A DNA stretch of 64,000 nt from Nitrospirota bacterium. GTDB taxonomy: Bacteria; Nitrospirota; UBA9217. Numbering within the stretch: position 1 is the first letter of the stretch; every line of letters starts with the position of its first letter. Shown here one piece after another: positions 1 through 9,546 of this stretch. Made by a program: the position numbers and the translations under genes. Where the stretch lies: the NCBI GenBank assembly GCA_963737155.1, contig CAVTRN010000001.1:832001-896000 (forward strand), given 5' to 3'. Below the pieces are notes generated by a model that did no database searches, was not told the origin of the DNA, and worked only from the letters and a program-made list of their open reading frames with translations.

Positions 1-286
1 CCGCTTAATATCTAAGCATGTTATCTTTATTTACTTCTGATAATACGACAGGCCGAAGTATTTATGAGAGATTGAAGAACCGATCTCACTAATGCAATTA
101 GGCCCGTGCAGATGCTGAGCTGAACGATAAAACGTTAGAAAAGGTGTGTTTCCTACTTTTTGCGACCGTATTGCTTAGCCAAGTAATCTCTATCACACAC
201 AGTATTATCCGAAGTAAATGAAACGCAAACGTAACCGTATCAAGTGTTTGCAGCTTTTACTTCGCATAATGTGATACTTCTGATAA

Positions 287-970
287 GGCGGCGTGATTTC
301 CCCCATGCTGAGTAATATTTATCTTCATGAGGTGCTGGACATGTGGTTTGAGAAGGAAGTAAAACCGCGCCTCCGCGGTAAAGCGTTTCTGATTCGTTAC
401 GCAGATGATGCAGTGTTGGGGTTTGCGTTTGAAGCAGATGCCCGGAAAGTGATGGAAGTCCTTCCGAAGCGGTTTGGCCGATATGGCCTGACGATCCACC
501 CGGAGAAGACCCGCGTGGTGAGGTTCGTCAAGCCGGATAATACGAACTCGGGAGGCCACAGCCAGGACAAGGACAACACGTTCAACTTTCTAGGATTTAC
601 TCACTACTGGGCAAAGACCCGTAAAGGTACAATGGTAATCAAGCGAAGTACCGAGAAGAACCGGTTCGCGCGAGCGCTCCTGAAGATCAAGGAGTGGTGC
701 AGGATCAATCGGCACAACCCCCTGAAGGAGCAGCATAGGACGCTGAACCAGAAACTTCGAGGCCACTACGCCTATTACGGGATCACAGGCAACAGCAAGA
801 TGGTGGGGAGTTTCTACCACAGGGTGAGGCGGCTGTGGCGCAAATGGCTACAGCGAAGGTCGTGCGATGGCAGTATCCCGTGGGAGAACTTCGAACTGCT
901 TGAGAAAGTCTATCCACTGGCACCAGCGAGAATCGTTCACTCTGCATACTTACGCAAAGCTACAGCATGA
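287..970 (+). pseudogene. Group II intron reverse transcriptase/maturase, C-terminal fragment
   Basis: SPMLSNIYL, LIRYADD, HPEKT, FNFLGF and LRGHYAYY motifs; RT0-RT3 absent; no endonuclease domain. Confidence 0.9.
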
Positions 971-971
971 A

Positions 972-1045
972 GAACCGAATGCGTGAATTACGCACGTTCG
1001 GGTCTGTGGGGGGCTGGGGCAAGTGACTGCCCTGGCCTACCTGGC
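972..1045 (+). ncRNA. Group II intron domains V and VI
   Basis: GAACCGAATGCGTGAATTACGCACGTTCGGGTC folds as DV with an AC bulge. It is followed by GGGGGCTGGGGC-AAGTGACT-GCCCTGGCCTACCTGGC (DVI with bulged A). The 3' end is approximate. Confidence 0.85.
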
Positions 1046-1365
1046 TAGCATTGTATTTTGTTATAAAGATTTCTGTCAGCAACTCCTTTCCAGAGCAGTT
1101 GAAATTTCCATTAGCTGCAAATTCACTTTTCAACTCGAAAGCCATACGGTAAAAAACTCAAGTACACTATTTTATGAGCTTTTATAACGTTATTTTTTCT
1201 CTTTTCGGATGATTTTTTGACAATACGGGAACATTCCTGAGAGGAGGATCATCCCCCAGGTAATTACAAAGCGCCATTACTTGCATGGATTTTATGTTTC
1301 AGTTATCAGTCAAAAGGTCCTTCGTAATATGGATCCAATCATTGACAACCCATCTCCCGTTGTTT

Positions 1366-2838
1366 TCACTGCATGGTGTAAATCGGCATTTTCTTTTCCA
1401 CCATGTCTACAACTGGCAAGGTGGGGACCTTCTTCAAGCCATACGTGGCTTCCAGGATAATGTCCGGCGGAACATTTGAGAGCAGATCTTCAGCGACTTC
1501 CTGATCTGCCTGACGATAACGGAGCTTCGTCTCAATCATGATGCGCTGGGGACTTTTCATCGGGGGGACGCCGTAATAAATATCTTTATAACCGCGGGGT
1601 GGAATGGTCTCATGACGCGAGAAGGCCGTGATGACCCACGGATGTAAGGAAAAATGGAAATCCTTTCCCATCCCGTCCGAGTTGAAAATACGGGACTCAG
1701 GCATAAGCTTGCCATGTTCATCCAATTGACCGCTGCTCATAATCACCTTGCCTGTTTCATCTCGGGCGATGATCTCCAGCCACATTTCCCGGACGTTCGT
1801 GAGCGACGTAGGCAGGTTGTGCCCAGCCCTAATGTTCTTGACCCTGATCTTCACTTCCGTCAGCTCGTTGTTCTGGTAGACGGGGAAGATTTCCAGGTCC
1901 GCCGCTAATTTGAGCCGCTCAATAGACATCTCATATTTTTTTGTAAGATTGGCGGCCAATTCCTGATTTCCTGCTTTTTCCGCAGCGTTCTTCGCCAAGT
2001 AGTAGAGAAGATAGTTGGCACCGTTGAAGTAATGGTGATATTCCTCGCGAACCGGCTTCTGGAACGTATCTGCCGACCGCTTGAAGACATCAATCTCCAC
2101 CATGTGGCAATCCTGGCACATAATCCCTTTTTGGGCATAGGGCCCGTGCTTCCATTCATTGTATGTTGCTTCAATGGGGAACTGGTCGTCATAATGGTAC
2201 ACATTATGGCAGGAAGCGCACAAATCGGCCTTCATGTGGAGTGGGGACTCAATGCACACATGAAATCCCATGCCGCATCCGTCGTAAGGAGTAAGTGGCC
2301 CGCGCTTCGTGAGCTCGGTCCCTCCCGTTGCGTCCACTCCAGGCGTAAGGATAAAAGATCCGTTTTCCGCCTCGTGGGTCGGCGTCTGCCAATGGGTCAC
2401 TCCACTTATCGAATGACAGATATCGCAGGACACCCCTGCCATAGCCATGGCGGAGAGGCCTTTGAGCCCTGGACCCTTAATCTCGCCCGTCACCACCCCG
2501 GCAGGCGAATGACAACCCTCGCACTGGCGAGTTACCTCATGTCCCACGGCTTTGAACCCTTTATTCAGCTCGCCCTGGTAAACTGGGTCTTGAAAGGCCA
2601 TGGAATGCATCGAACCAGTCCATTCTTTGAATTTATCCGGATGGCATCCAGCGCAGACTTCGGGCTCGGTGAATGGGGTAGTTGATTTATCCCATTTTAT
2701 TAATGAAGGGTAGTAGGGGTAAAAATCATGATCAACCTCGAATTCCTTCGGTTGTGGCCATTGCGACCAGGAGATCCGGGACAGGCTGACCAGCAGAACA
2801 ATTGCAAGAAACAAAACCAATACCATATGTCGCTTCAT
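1366..2838 (-). CDS. Exported multiheme c-type cytochrome (c554/c-552-like N-terminal domain)
   Basis: Signal peptide MKRHMVLVLFLAIVLLVSL after an AAGGAG RBS; five CxxCH motifs (CAGCH, CEGCH, CDICH, CASCH, CQDCH); WTGSMH and AGHNLPT motifs. Confidence 0.85.
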   Translation of the reverse strand: MKRHMVLVLFLAIVLLVSLSRISWSQWPQPKEFEVDHDFYPYYPSLIKWDKSTTPFTEPEVCAGCHPDKFKEWTGSMHSMAFQDPVYQGELNKGFKAVGHEVTRQCEGCHSPAGVVTGEIKGPGLKGLSAMAMAGVSCDICHSISGVTHWQTPTHEAENGSFILTPGVDATGGTELTKRGPLTPYDGCGMGFHVCIESPLHMKADLCASCHNVYHYDDQFPIEATYNEWKHGPYAQKGIMCQDCHMVEIDVFKRSADTFQKPVREEYHHYFNGANYLLYYLAKNAAEKAGNQELAANLTKKYEMSIERLKLAADLEIFPVYQNNELTEVKIRVKNIRAGHNLPTSLTNVREMWLEIIARDETGKVIMSSGQLDEHGKLMPESRIFNSDGMGKDFHFSLHPWVITAFSRHETIPPRGYKDIYYGVPPMKSPQRIMIETKLRYRQADQEVAEDLLSNVPPDIILEATYGLKKVPTLPVVDMVEKKMPIYTMQ

Positions 2839-4007
2839 AGATGGCTCCTTTCGAGTTGTGGTGAAAGCTTTCTGCATATAGGCAATATTATAGCAGAAAA
2901 AAATTTGGCTTATTCTGATGACATTTCGTTTACTGCTCTATTCTAAAAAACCTCTTGAGAAGTCGGCAAGTAACGGAATTTCTTGGCGGGGATAGCACTT
3001 TTTTTGAGGTAGAAAAGCACTCCTTCTGATAAGATTGGTTTGACAGCAAATCAAACAAAATGGAGTGCCGATGAATACGCTGTGAGAAACTATACATGGT
3101 CGAAATCCAAAGTACCGGATGATCTTTCCCTACCTGCAATCATATTAACCGATCCGATGACGGACAAGCAGAAACAGCTTATAACTATTCTCGAGATTGT
3201 GCAGGTAGAAAATTATGTAAAAACTCGGATGTGGCAGTGGTTGCCAGTAACTGGTGAATCGCTACCCGATAGCGCGGGCTTTTGTAGCAAAGGCGGTGTA
3301 TAAGTTTCCCACGACGCGGGCTCTCCTGGAAGGGTTGTATTTCATGCCGAATCTGCGGACCATCTGCGGGTTCAGCGGTAGCGGGTTCAATCTTGTCAGG
3401 CAAAGACCTTTCAATTGATATTTTTAACATTGCTTGCATATTTGCTTTATATATGGGTCATACATGTGCTTCTATAGAAACTATCAGAAGTTAATCAAAG
3501 CGACTAAAACTTTACAATAAAGGTCAGCCGCACATTTCTATGCACTATTCAAGTCGTATCCTGCATTTATCGCGTTTTGATTCTCTCATTTTGTATACGT
3601 CGTTGATAATTTTCTTATCGCGCTTATCAGTTTGGATCAAAATACTTAGATAAGCTACATCATCCAGATTACTTTCTGAACCAAACAATAATTACATTTT
3701 TTTACGAAATGATAGCACAAAAAATAATTCTCCTCGCGCTAGTTCGGTGTCTAACTCGTTTATGTAAAGACAATGTTGTGATTTAACCAATTTAAAGATT
3801 AAAACCCCAAAACACAATTCTCAAAACATTTAGTAGGTAAAAGGATAAAAAAAATATTTCGGGCAGAAAAATGGTTTTGCATCGTTTAGGTTGTTGTTAG
3901 ATTTAATAATAACGCCTATTTGCCTCGAATAAACGTAACAACAACGATAGAAAATGGGAAGGTATAAAATTTGCTACCAATTTTGTAGCATCTATAGAAT
4001 TTATCAA

Positions 4008-4038
4008 TGAACCTCCCCGCAGCAAGCTGCGGTGTATC
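4008..4038 (-). mobile_element. Solo IS200/IS605-type end hairpin
   Basis: TGAACCTCCCCGCAGCAAGCTGCGG is near-identical in reverse complement to the right-end hairpin of the IS200 at 52543-52562. Confidence 0.7.
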
Positions 4039-4296
4039 TATAAAAAAAAGACGATTATCGTTTGAGAAACCTGCGGTTTCTCAAACTCTTCCCTCTATGC
4101 GGTGCCCCTGTAGAAAGCTAGGGAATCGCGATTAAATAAGTCACCTTTTTTTGATGATAAAGCAAGTGATCGAATACACGCACATTAAGGAAAATATCAT
4201 AACGACTTTGGCAAAACGCACCTAACTCGGGTTGGCATTTTTGCCATTATGCTTCTTAGATTGTACGCATTCTTAACAGTTGCAAATGGAGGCGAA

Positions 4297-4488
4297 ATGC
4301 ATAATAACCAAGAGTCTAAGACCGACAAAGAAGAGCCAACAAAAAAGCTCAAGGAGTTGCTTACTGAGTTCAATAATATTGAAGCCAAGCTGAGATCGCT
4401 AGAACAGCATATAACCGAAATACGAAATGGAATGTCCATTTTAGTGTTGAACATGCGGAGCAAGGGAAACGGTGATCATACGCACTGA
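4297..4488 (+). CDS. Small hypothetical coiled-coil protein
   Basis: GGAGG RBS before ATG 4297; heptad-like LKELLTEFNNIEAKLRSLEQHI. Confidence 0.4.
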   Translation: MHNNQESKTDKEEPTKKLKELLTEFNNIEAKLRSLEQHITEIRNGMSILVLNMRSKGNGDHTH

Positions 4489-4989
4489 GTCGCAGTAAGA
4501 CAGCGAATATGCGACAATTTCAGAAAACCATACTTTATTCAACAAACACGAGTATTTTAAGGGCAAACTGTGTCGAGGGGAGACAATAGGAAGAGACGAG
4601 CTGGTAACCGACTTACGAAGTTTTAGGAGATATCTTCGCGAGCGTAAAAAAATGACCCGTATATGTCATGCTTAGAATTGCAGAAATGGCAACAGGCACA
4701 CCCAACATCGGGCAACAAGATTGCAGGGGTTGATTAGTGAATTTTCTGTCAGTGATTTACAACTCAGGTATCCATGGCACGGCAACAGGATATACCGTCG
4801 GTGAAGGAAGTTGTGTTAAGGGAGCATGCGGCACAAGACCGCATCCGGGTCGTAGCAGAGAGTTCGCTGCGGCTCGACCTTTTTTAATCCCCATTACTTT
4901 ACAAGCGCTATTTCGCTCAACAGAACGTACTGATATCTATTCAAAGACTGAGAAAGGTAATTAGCATCGAGTTCTACCTTTCTGACAAT

Positions 4990-5155
4990 GAATTTACGTC
5001 TACCTTTGTTGTTGGTCGATATGGAGGAGATGAGTTCATTATTCTTCCAGAGATGCGCAGCACCTTAATTGCAAATCTTGCCGAGAAACTCAGTCGAAGA
5101 GTAAGGATTACACCCTCGAGGGCCATTCAGTAACTATCAGAGTTGGTTATGCCAA
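4990..5155 (+). pseudogene. Degenerate GGDEF (diguanylate cyclase) fragment
   Basis: 5011-5052 reads VGRYGGDEFIILPE; a VTIRVGYA-like motif follows near 5130; frameshifted, with no intact ORF. Confidence 0.7.
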
Positions 5156-5170
5156 AGAGACTCAGAAGAG

Positions 5171-5228
5171 CATCTGTACAACTTGCCGTTGCTTCTTAAA
5201 AAGCGGACATTTTTACTTTGCCTTGGCA
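5171..5228 (+). mobile_element. Isolated IS end (IS1202/ISNCY-like)
   Basis: About 58 bp similar to 45043-45101, sharing GCGGACATTTTTACTTTGCCTTG(G/A)CA. Confidence 0.6.
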
Positions 5229-5307
5229 TACTCAGACAACGTCATTGACATAGATTAGCAGCAAGAATATATTCGTCTAATGAGGAGCTTGCTGTTATAA
5301 AGCAAAT

Positions 5308-5838
5308 ATGCGGATCGCTATATCAGGTACTCAATGTTCAGGAAAATCGACGCTCGTCGAGGCGTTGTCCGAAGCTCTCCCCCAGTATATGACCGTCGAC
5401 GAGCCCTACCATCTCTTGCAAGAGGAGGGGTACGAGTTTGCAGAGTTGCTCACCATCGAGGACTTCGAGATACAACTGGAGCGATCCATCGAGAGTCTGG
5501 ACGAAAAAGCTCCGAACATCATTTTCGACCGATGTCCAGCCGACATCCTAGGCTATCTTCTTTCGCATACCGACATTGAAGCGTTTGATCTCGAGGACTG
5601 GCTACCTCGCGTTCAAATTGCGATTAGGAAGCTTGATCTATTAGTCTTCTTACCAATCGAAGAGCCTGACCGGATAGTTCTACCATTGTCGGAGGACGCC
5701 GCGTACAGACAACGTGTGAACGAAAAACTCAAAGAGATTATTCTAGAGAATTCATTCGACTTCAAGGTGGACGTGCTGGAAGTCAAGGGTAGCGCGAAAA
5801 CGCGTCTTGAGCAGGTTTTAGCGCGTATCTACAATTAG
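5308..5838 (+). CDS. AAA_28/NadR-type ATP-binding protein
   Basis: MRIAISGTQCSGKST Walker A and IIFDRCPAD motif. Confidence 0.8.
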   Translation: MRIAISGTQCSGKSTLVEALSEALPQYMTVDEPYHLLQEEGYEFAELLTIEDFEIQLERSIESLDEKAPNIIFDRCPADILGYLLSHTDIEAFDLEDWLPRVQIAIRKLDLLVFLPIEEPDRIVLPLSEDAAYRQRVNEKLKEIILENSFDFKVDVLEVKGSAKTRLEQVLARIYN

Positions 5839-6294
5839 GGTGTCAGGCGTTATAAGAGAAACTCGGGAAGTCCAGACTCAGATTGTTTTTTGTATATAAA
5901 AACTTCCTGGTTTATTGTTGTCAAGTATTTTTGGAATAAAATAGAGTTTACTTGATTTATGGTTTTTGTTCTTGGTCACGATAAATATACCAGTAAGGGA
6001 TATCGCTCCAAAGTGATGGTTGAACAGGTTCTCAGTCCTTCGGGGCCAAAATTTTTTCTCACAAGTGCCCCAGTATCGGTTTCTCACTGGCAGTCCATAT
6101 CCTGATCACCCTAAACATTAATCTGTGCGGCACCTTGTCCAACCCTGGTAATTAGAGGGTCTCAAGAGAGTCCTGACCCTGCTTCATGGGGACAAAGGTG
6201 CAAGCGGGGATTATTGATTCTGTAGCCGAAGGTCGGCATGGCCGCCTTAGTGGAAGTTGAGATAATTTCCCCGCTTACACGCAAAGATTTTAAG

Positions 6295-7064
6295 TTATGC
6301 AGCCTCCTTGAACTGAAATGATGTCCTGGAGTAATCAAAAACACTATTATCTCGCACGATGGCAAATATGATCCGGAGAAGCTTACGAGCGACAGCGATC
6401 AAGGCCTTAGTTGATAACGTTCAGGACATCGTTTACTGATTTTATGCTCAGGACATCGTTTACCTTCAAGCATTTAGTACCTGGTGCTGAATGCTGAGTA
6501 GGTTATTATAGCCTTGTTAACACTGCTTAAAACTGATCGTTACATCAGTTAGCTAATTGTTTGCTAATACGCGATTAAACGATGTTGTGAGTGTTTTTTG
6601 AGTTAACGATGTCCTGAACGTTGTCACTTAGTCTTTAACATGCCCCGATCAAGGTATCTCTGATACTGATGTTCCATAACGCAACCTTGACGAACCATAT
6701 TCATCGCGGCAAAATATAAGAGTTTTCGCATCAGGGGGCGACCACGCTTGGAAATACGACGAGTCCCCCGGTATTTGCCGGAGCTGACTTCAAATAGATT
6801 CAGACCGGCGAGTTTCATAATTTCCCCGATGGTGCTGTACCTCCGAAAGTCGCCCACTTCACCGATGAGGCCAGCAGCGGTAACCTCACCTATTCCCTTG
6901 ATCGAAAGAAGAGAATTGCTGTAGGGAATCTGTTTAAGATGATGACTCATTCCCTTTTCCAGCCCTTCCGTAAACTTTTTAGAGGCTTCCATGGCAGCAA
7001 GTATCCCTTGGGTTTCGAGGAGGATGCTCGCTTGGCCCTCAACCACGCCTACGGACGCTTCCGC
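6295..7064 (-). pseudogene. IS110 transposase C-terminal half, interrupted by a MITE
   Basis: LLSIKGIG, LAGLNLFEVSSG and ISKRGRPLMR motifs. Removing 6412-6632 restores the frame to KTKALIAVARKLLRIIFAIVRD...KEAA* (stop 6295-6297). Confidence 0.9.
6412..6626. mobile_element. 215-bp MITE, IS481-like ends
   Basis: 25-bp TIRs TGA(T/C)AACGTTCAGGACATCGTT(T/A)AC with 2 mismatches; internal repeats of CAGGACATCGTTTAC; 6-bp target duplication CTTAGT at 6406-6411 and 6627-6632. Confidence 0.9.
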
Positions 7065-7172
7065 AAAGCCTCTATTCCTGTTTATATGCACTACCTCCCC
7101 TCTGATGATCCTATAACCTTCGATCTGGGAGATTATATCAGTAACAGGTTCGACAGGATTGAGCAAGCTTAA

Positions 7173-7272
7173 GAGCCTGTTGCACAAATAGCCTTTTGGA
7201 TCATTTTGTAAAAAATATGTTCAATAAAATCAATGGTCGTATTTCACAAAAAATGGTTTGAGCAACAGGCTC
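7173..7272. mobile_element. 100-bp MITE (IS5/IS1182-like ends)
   Basis: 16-bp TIR GAGCCTGTTGC(A/T)CAAA flanked on both sides by TTAA (7169-7172, 7273-7276). Confidence 0.8.
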
Positions 7273-7461
7273 TTAACATCGATAAATTAGATTAGCACGT
7301 AATTTTAGATGTTCTGCTGTCTGTCACGAATTCCTAGTCCGAGATTCACCCTCCGGCCAGAGCAGCATGATTATCGGTGCCAGTTATTGCCGCCATATTG
7401 ACTTTCCACAGGCGCAACTCTCAAAAAAAGAATTGATAGCTCGCCCCTGGACTATCAGCTT

Positions 7462-7905
7462 CTACGCAGTCTTGAGTTCCGCAGTACAGTGCGCACAACG
7501 GGTTGCTTTTATCGGGATGACCGACAAACAAAAAGGACACTCTTTCGTCGTGGGTGCTGCCGGGGCTTCGGTTTTCTTGAATTGGAGGCGGTTCGCCACG
7601 CGTATCATCAGGAAGATGACGAAGGCTATGATGACGAAATCAATGGCTGCATTGATGAACATCCCATATTTGATAATGGGCGCACCCGCTTTCTGTGCTT
7701 CTGCGAGGGTAGCGTAGGTTTCACCGGACAGATTCAGGTACAAACTGCCGAAGTCGACTTTCCCCACAAGAAGCCCGATCGGGGGCATAAGCACATCGTT
7801 GACCAGCGATGTGACGATCCTGCCGAAAGCCCCACCTATGATGACCGCTACAGCCAAATCAAGAACACTACCGCGCAAAACGAATTCTTTGAATTCTTTC
7901 AACAT
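7462..7905 (-). CDS. mscL: Large-conductance mechanosensitive channel with C-terminal zinc-ribbon
   Basis: [44 protein letters not shown]; C-terminal CPFC..RCAHC. Confidence 0.95.
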   Translation of the reverse strand: MLKEFKEFVLRGSVLDLAVAVIIGGAFGRIVTSLVNDVLMPPIGLLVGKVDFGSLYLNLSGETYATLAEAQKAGAPIIKYGMFINAAIDFVIIAFVIFLMIRVANRLQFKKTEAPAAPTTKECPFCLSVIPIKATRCAHCTAELKTA

Positions 7906-8370
7906 GGCTTGACCTACCTTCACAATGTAGATGAATAGTTCATCTACTTATTCTGCTGGTTTTTTTAATTCCTTAGTATGAAGACAATTTATTGGAGGAG
8001 GGCCTCTTGCTGTGATACTAGTGGAATTATATCAGAACCGTTGCATTATTGCAGCTCCAATTCTAAAAAGCGCAATAGTCGTGAATCGTAGTTTTATTTT
8101 ATGCATGATTCATAATTTGGAAGTTTAATCGATATGATTCCATAACATAAAAACATTTGAAGATTTTACATTGCCCTCTGGGCAACCATCCGCCATTTCT
8201 TTCCCAATCAGTTAAGCCAATAGTACATAAATTCTATGCCAGAATTCAGTGGATTTTACCCATTAAAGCTATTTTTTACTGTCTTGACATAGAATAATTA
8301 TTTTAGGTATGTTATTTTTCATAGGAGTCATCAAAAAGCGATAATTATACCCAAACGAGTTTTGCTGAGG

Positions 8371-8388
8371 GTCCCGCTCGGGGAGCCA
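8371..8388 (+). other. Isolated tRNA 3'-end (tRNA-Asn-like), possible att remnant
   Basis: GTCCCGC-TCGGGGA-G-CCA has the layout T-stem 3' strand, acceptor strand, G73 and CCA; no tRNA 5' half upstream. Confidence 0.5.
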
Positions 8389-8661
8389 TCGCCACAAAAA
8401 GGACCGACTTCTTAGGAGATTGGCCATTTTTACATTTTATTCCATGGATATGGTCTTATGGATTAAATCAGAATTAGAGTTAGATAACTCCGGAAACTCG
8501 TCGATTAAACCACATTTACTGAATAGCAGTCAAACTCTAGGTATCGATTACATTACTACGGTATTAGTGAGAACACACCGGTACGTAGAGTTAGACCATA
8601 TATCTGCATATTCGATTAAGCAATTTTGTGTCACGATCATCACCTGGGTGCGCTATACCGA

Positions 8662-9213
8662 TCATGGTTTGGCGATATAAAAGTAATATTTGGCTTTGTA
8701 GGACGCCCTCGACTCTTTGCCTATCTGCGATTGGTTACAGCCTTCCGTAGGCGCTTTGCCACCGGAAGTATTTATACGCAGGATACTTAGCGTCTTACTG
8801 AAGATGCCGTTTCCCGAAGTTGATTTCGCACTCAGCAGTAACCATGGGATGGCATTGGGATCCGGACCATTGTCGCGCGCTCTAACCTCGCCGACCACTT
8901 TGCTTCCATCGTTCGACTCCCAAGTAGGGCCAGCGTAGTGCCTACCGATTTTTTTCCCAGCGCTATCGAACAGTTCAGCTTCCGGCGCTTTGAAGACCCA
9001 CTCGAACCGCGTCGGGTCGTCTTTACGGGCCTCGCACTCGTAAATCTGTACTCCGGCGGCTTTGATCTCAAGCGATAATACTTGAGTTGCTGGAACCCTG
9101 AGAGCTTCAGGAACCTCAGGCAACGTTCCAGCTTTAGTAGTTGAGAAACCCGCAATAAGCGGGACGAGTGAAACTCCGGCAATTGCCAATACGTATACAT
9201 ATCTTAGTTTCAT
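8662..9213 (-). CDS. DUF3455 family exported protein
   Basis: Signal peptide; GVQIYEC, APEAELFD, GRHYAGPTW, AIPWLLL and RINTSGGKAP motifs. Confidence 0.85.
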   Translation of the reverse strand: MKLRYVYVLAIAGVSLVPLIAGFSTTKAGTLPEVPEALRVPATQVLSLEIKAAGVQIYECEARKDDPTRFEWVFKAPEAELFDSAGKKIGRHYAGPTWESNDGSKVVGEVRARDNGPDPNAIPWLLLSAKSTSGNGIFSKTLSILRINTSGGKAPTEGCNQSQIGKESRASYKAKYYFYIAKP

Positions 9214-9546
9214 TGCTACAGGCCTCCGGTATTAAGAAGTTTATAGTTACAGCTCCTTACCATATTATTGAGCAGTTCTGGTTAACACGCTAAAAAGCGC
9301 GAAGTCCGACAATTAGATTGATTGTTTACATGTGTTGTTATGAATACATGACTGATTCGAATCTATGTCAATGTCTTCTAAAGGGGATGAATGGGCCTGT
9401 CAAATGGATTATTTAAATGTATATCGCTAATAAATATATAGACATAATGGTTGACAGTTGAAAAAGTGACCTGCCCCTTGTCACCGTGGGTTATACTTGG
9501 ATGCAATGGGTGTCCAAATACAGAGCCACAAACAAGGAGGCAGGTC

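Larger units (their letters stand above)
287..1045 (+). mobile_element. 5'-truncated group II intron (RT4 to domain VI)
   Basis: RT reading frame starts at GGVISPML (the end of the PQGG motif, preceded by TAA), contains YADD and domain X, and is followed directly by domain V/VI-like RNA. Confidence 0.9.
5880..7064 (-). mobile_element. 5'-truncated IS110-family element with long 3' non-coding region
   Basis: C-terminal Tnp domain, then about 400 bp of non-coding sequence ending in TTGACA...TATATAC; boundaries approximate. Confidence 0.75.

Noticed and set aside
7065-7187. N-terminus of ORF 6624..7187 as a transposase start
   Set aside because: Starts inside a MITE TIR and lacks the DEDD domain.
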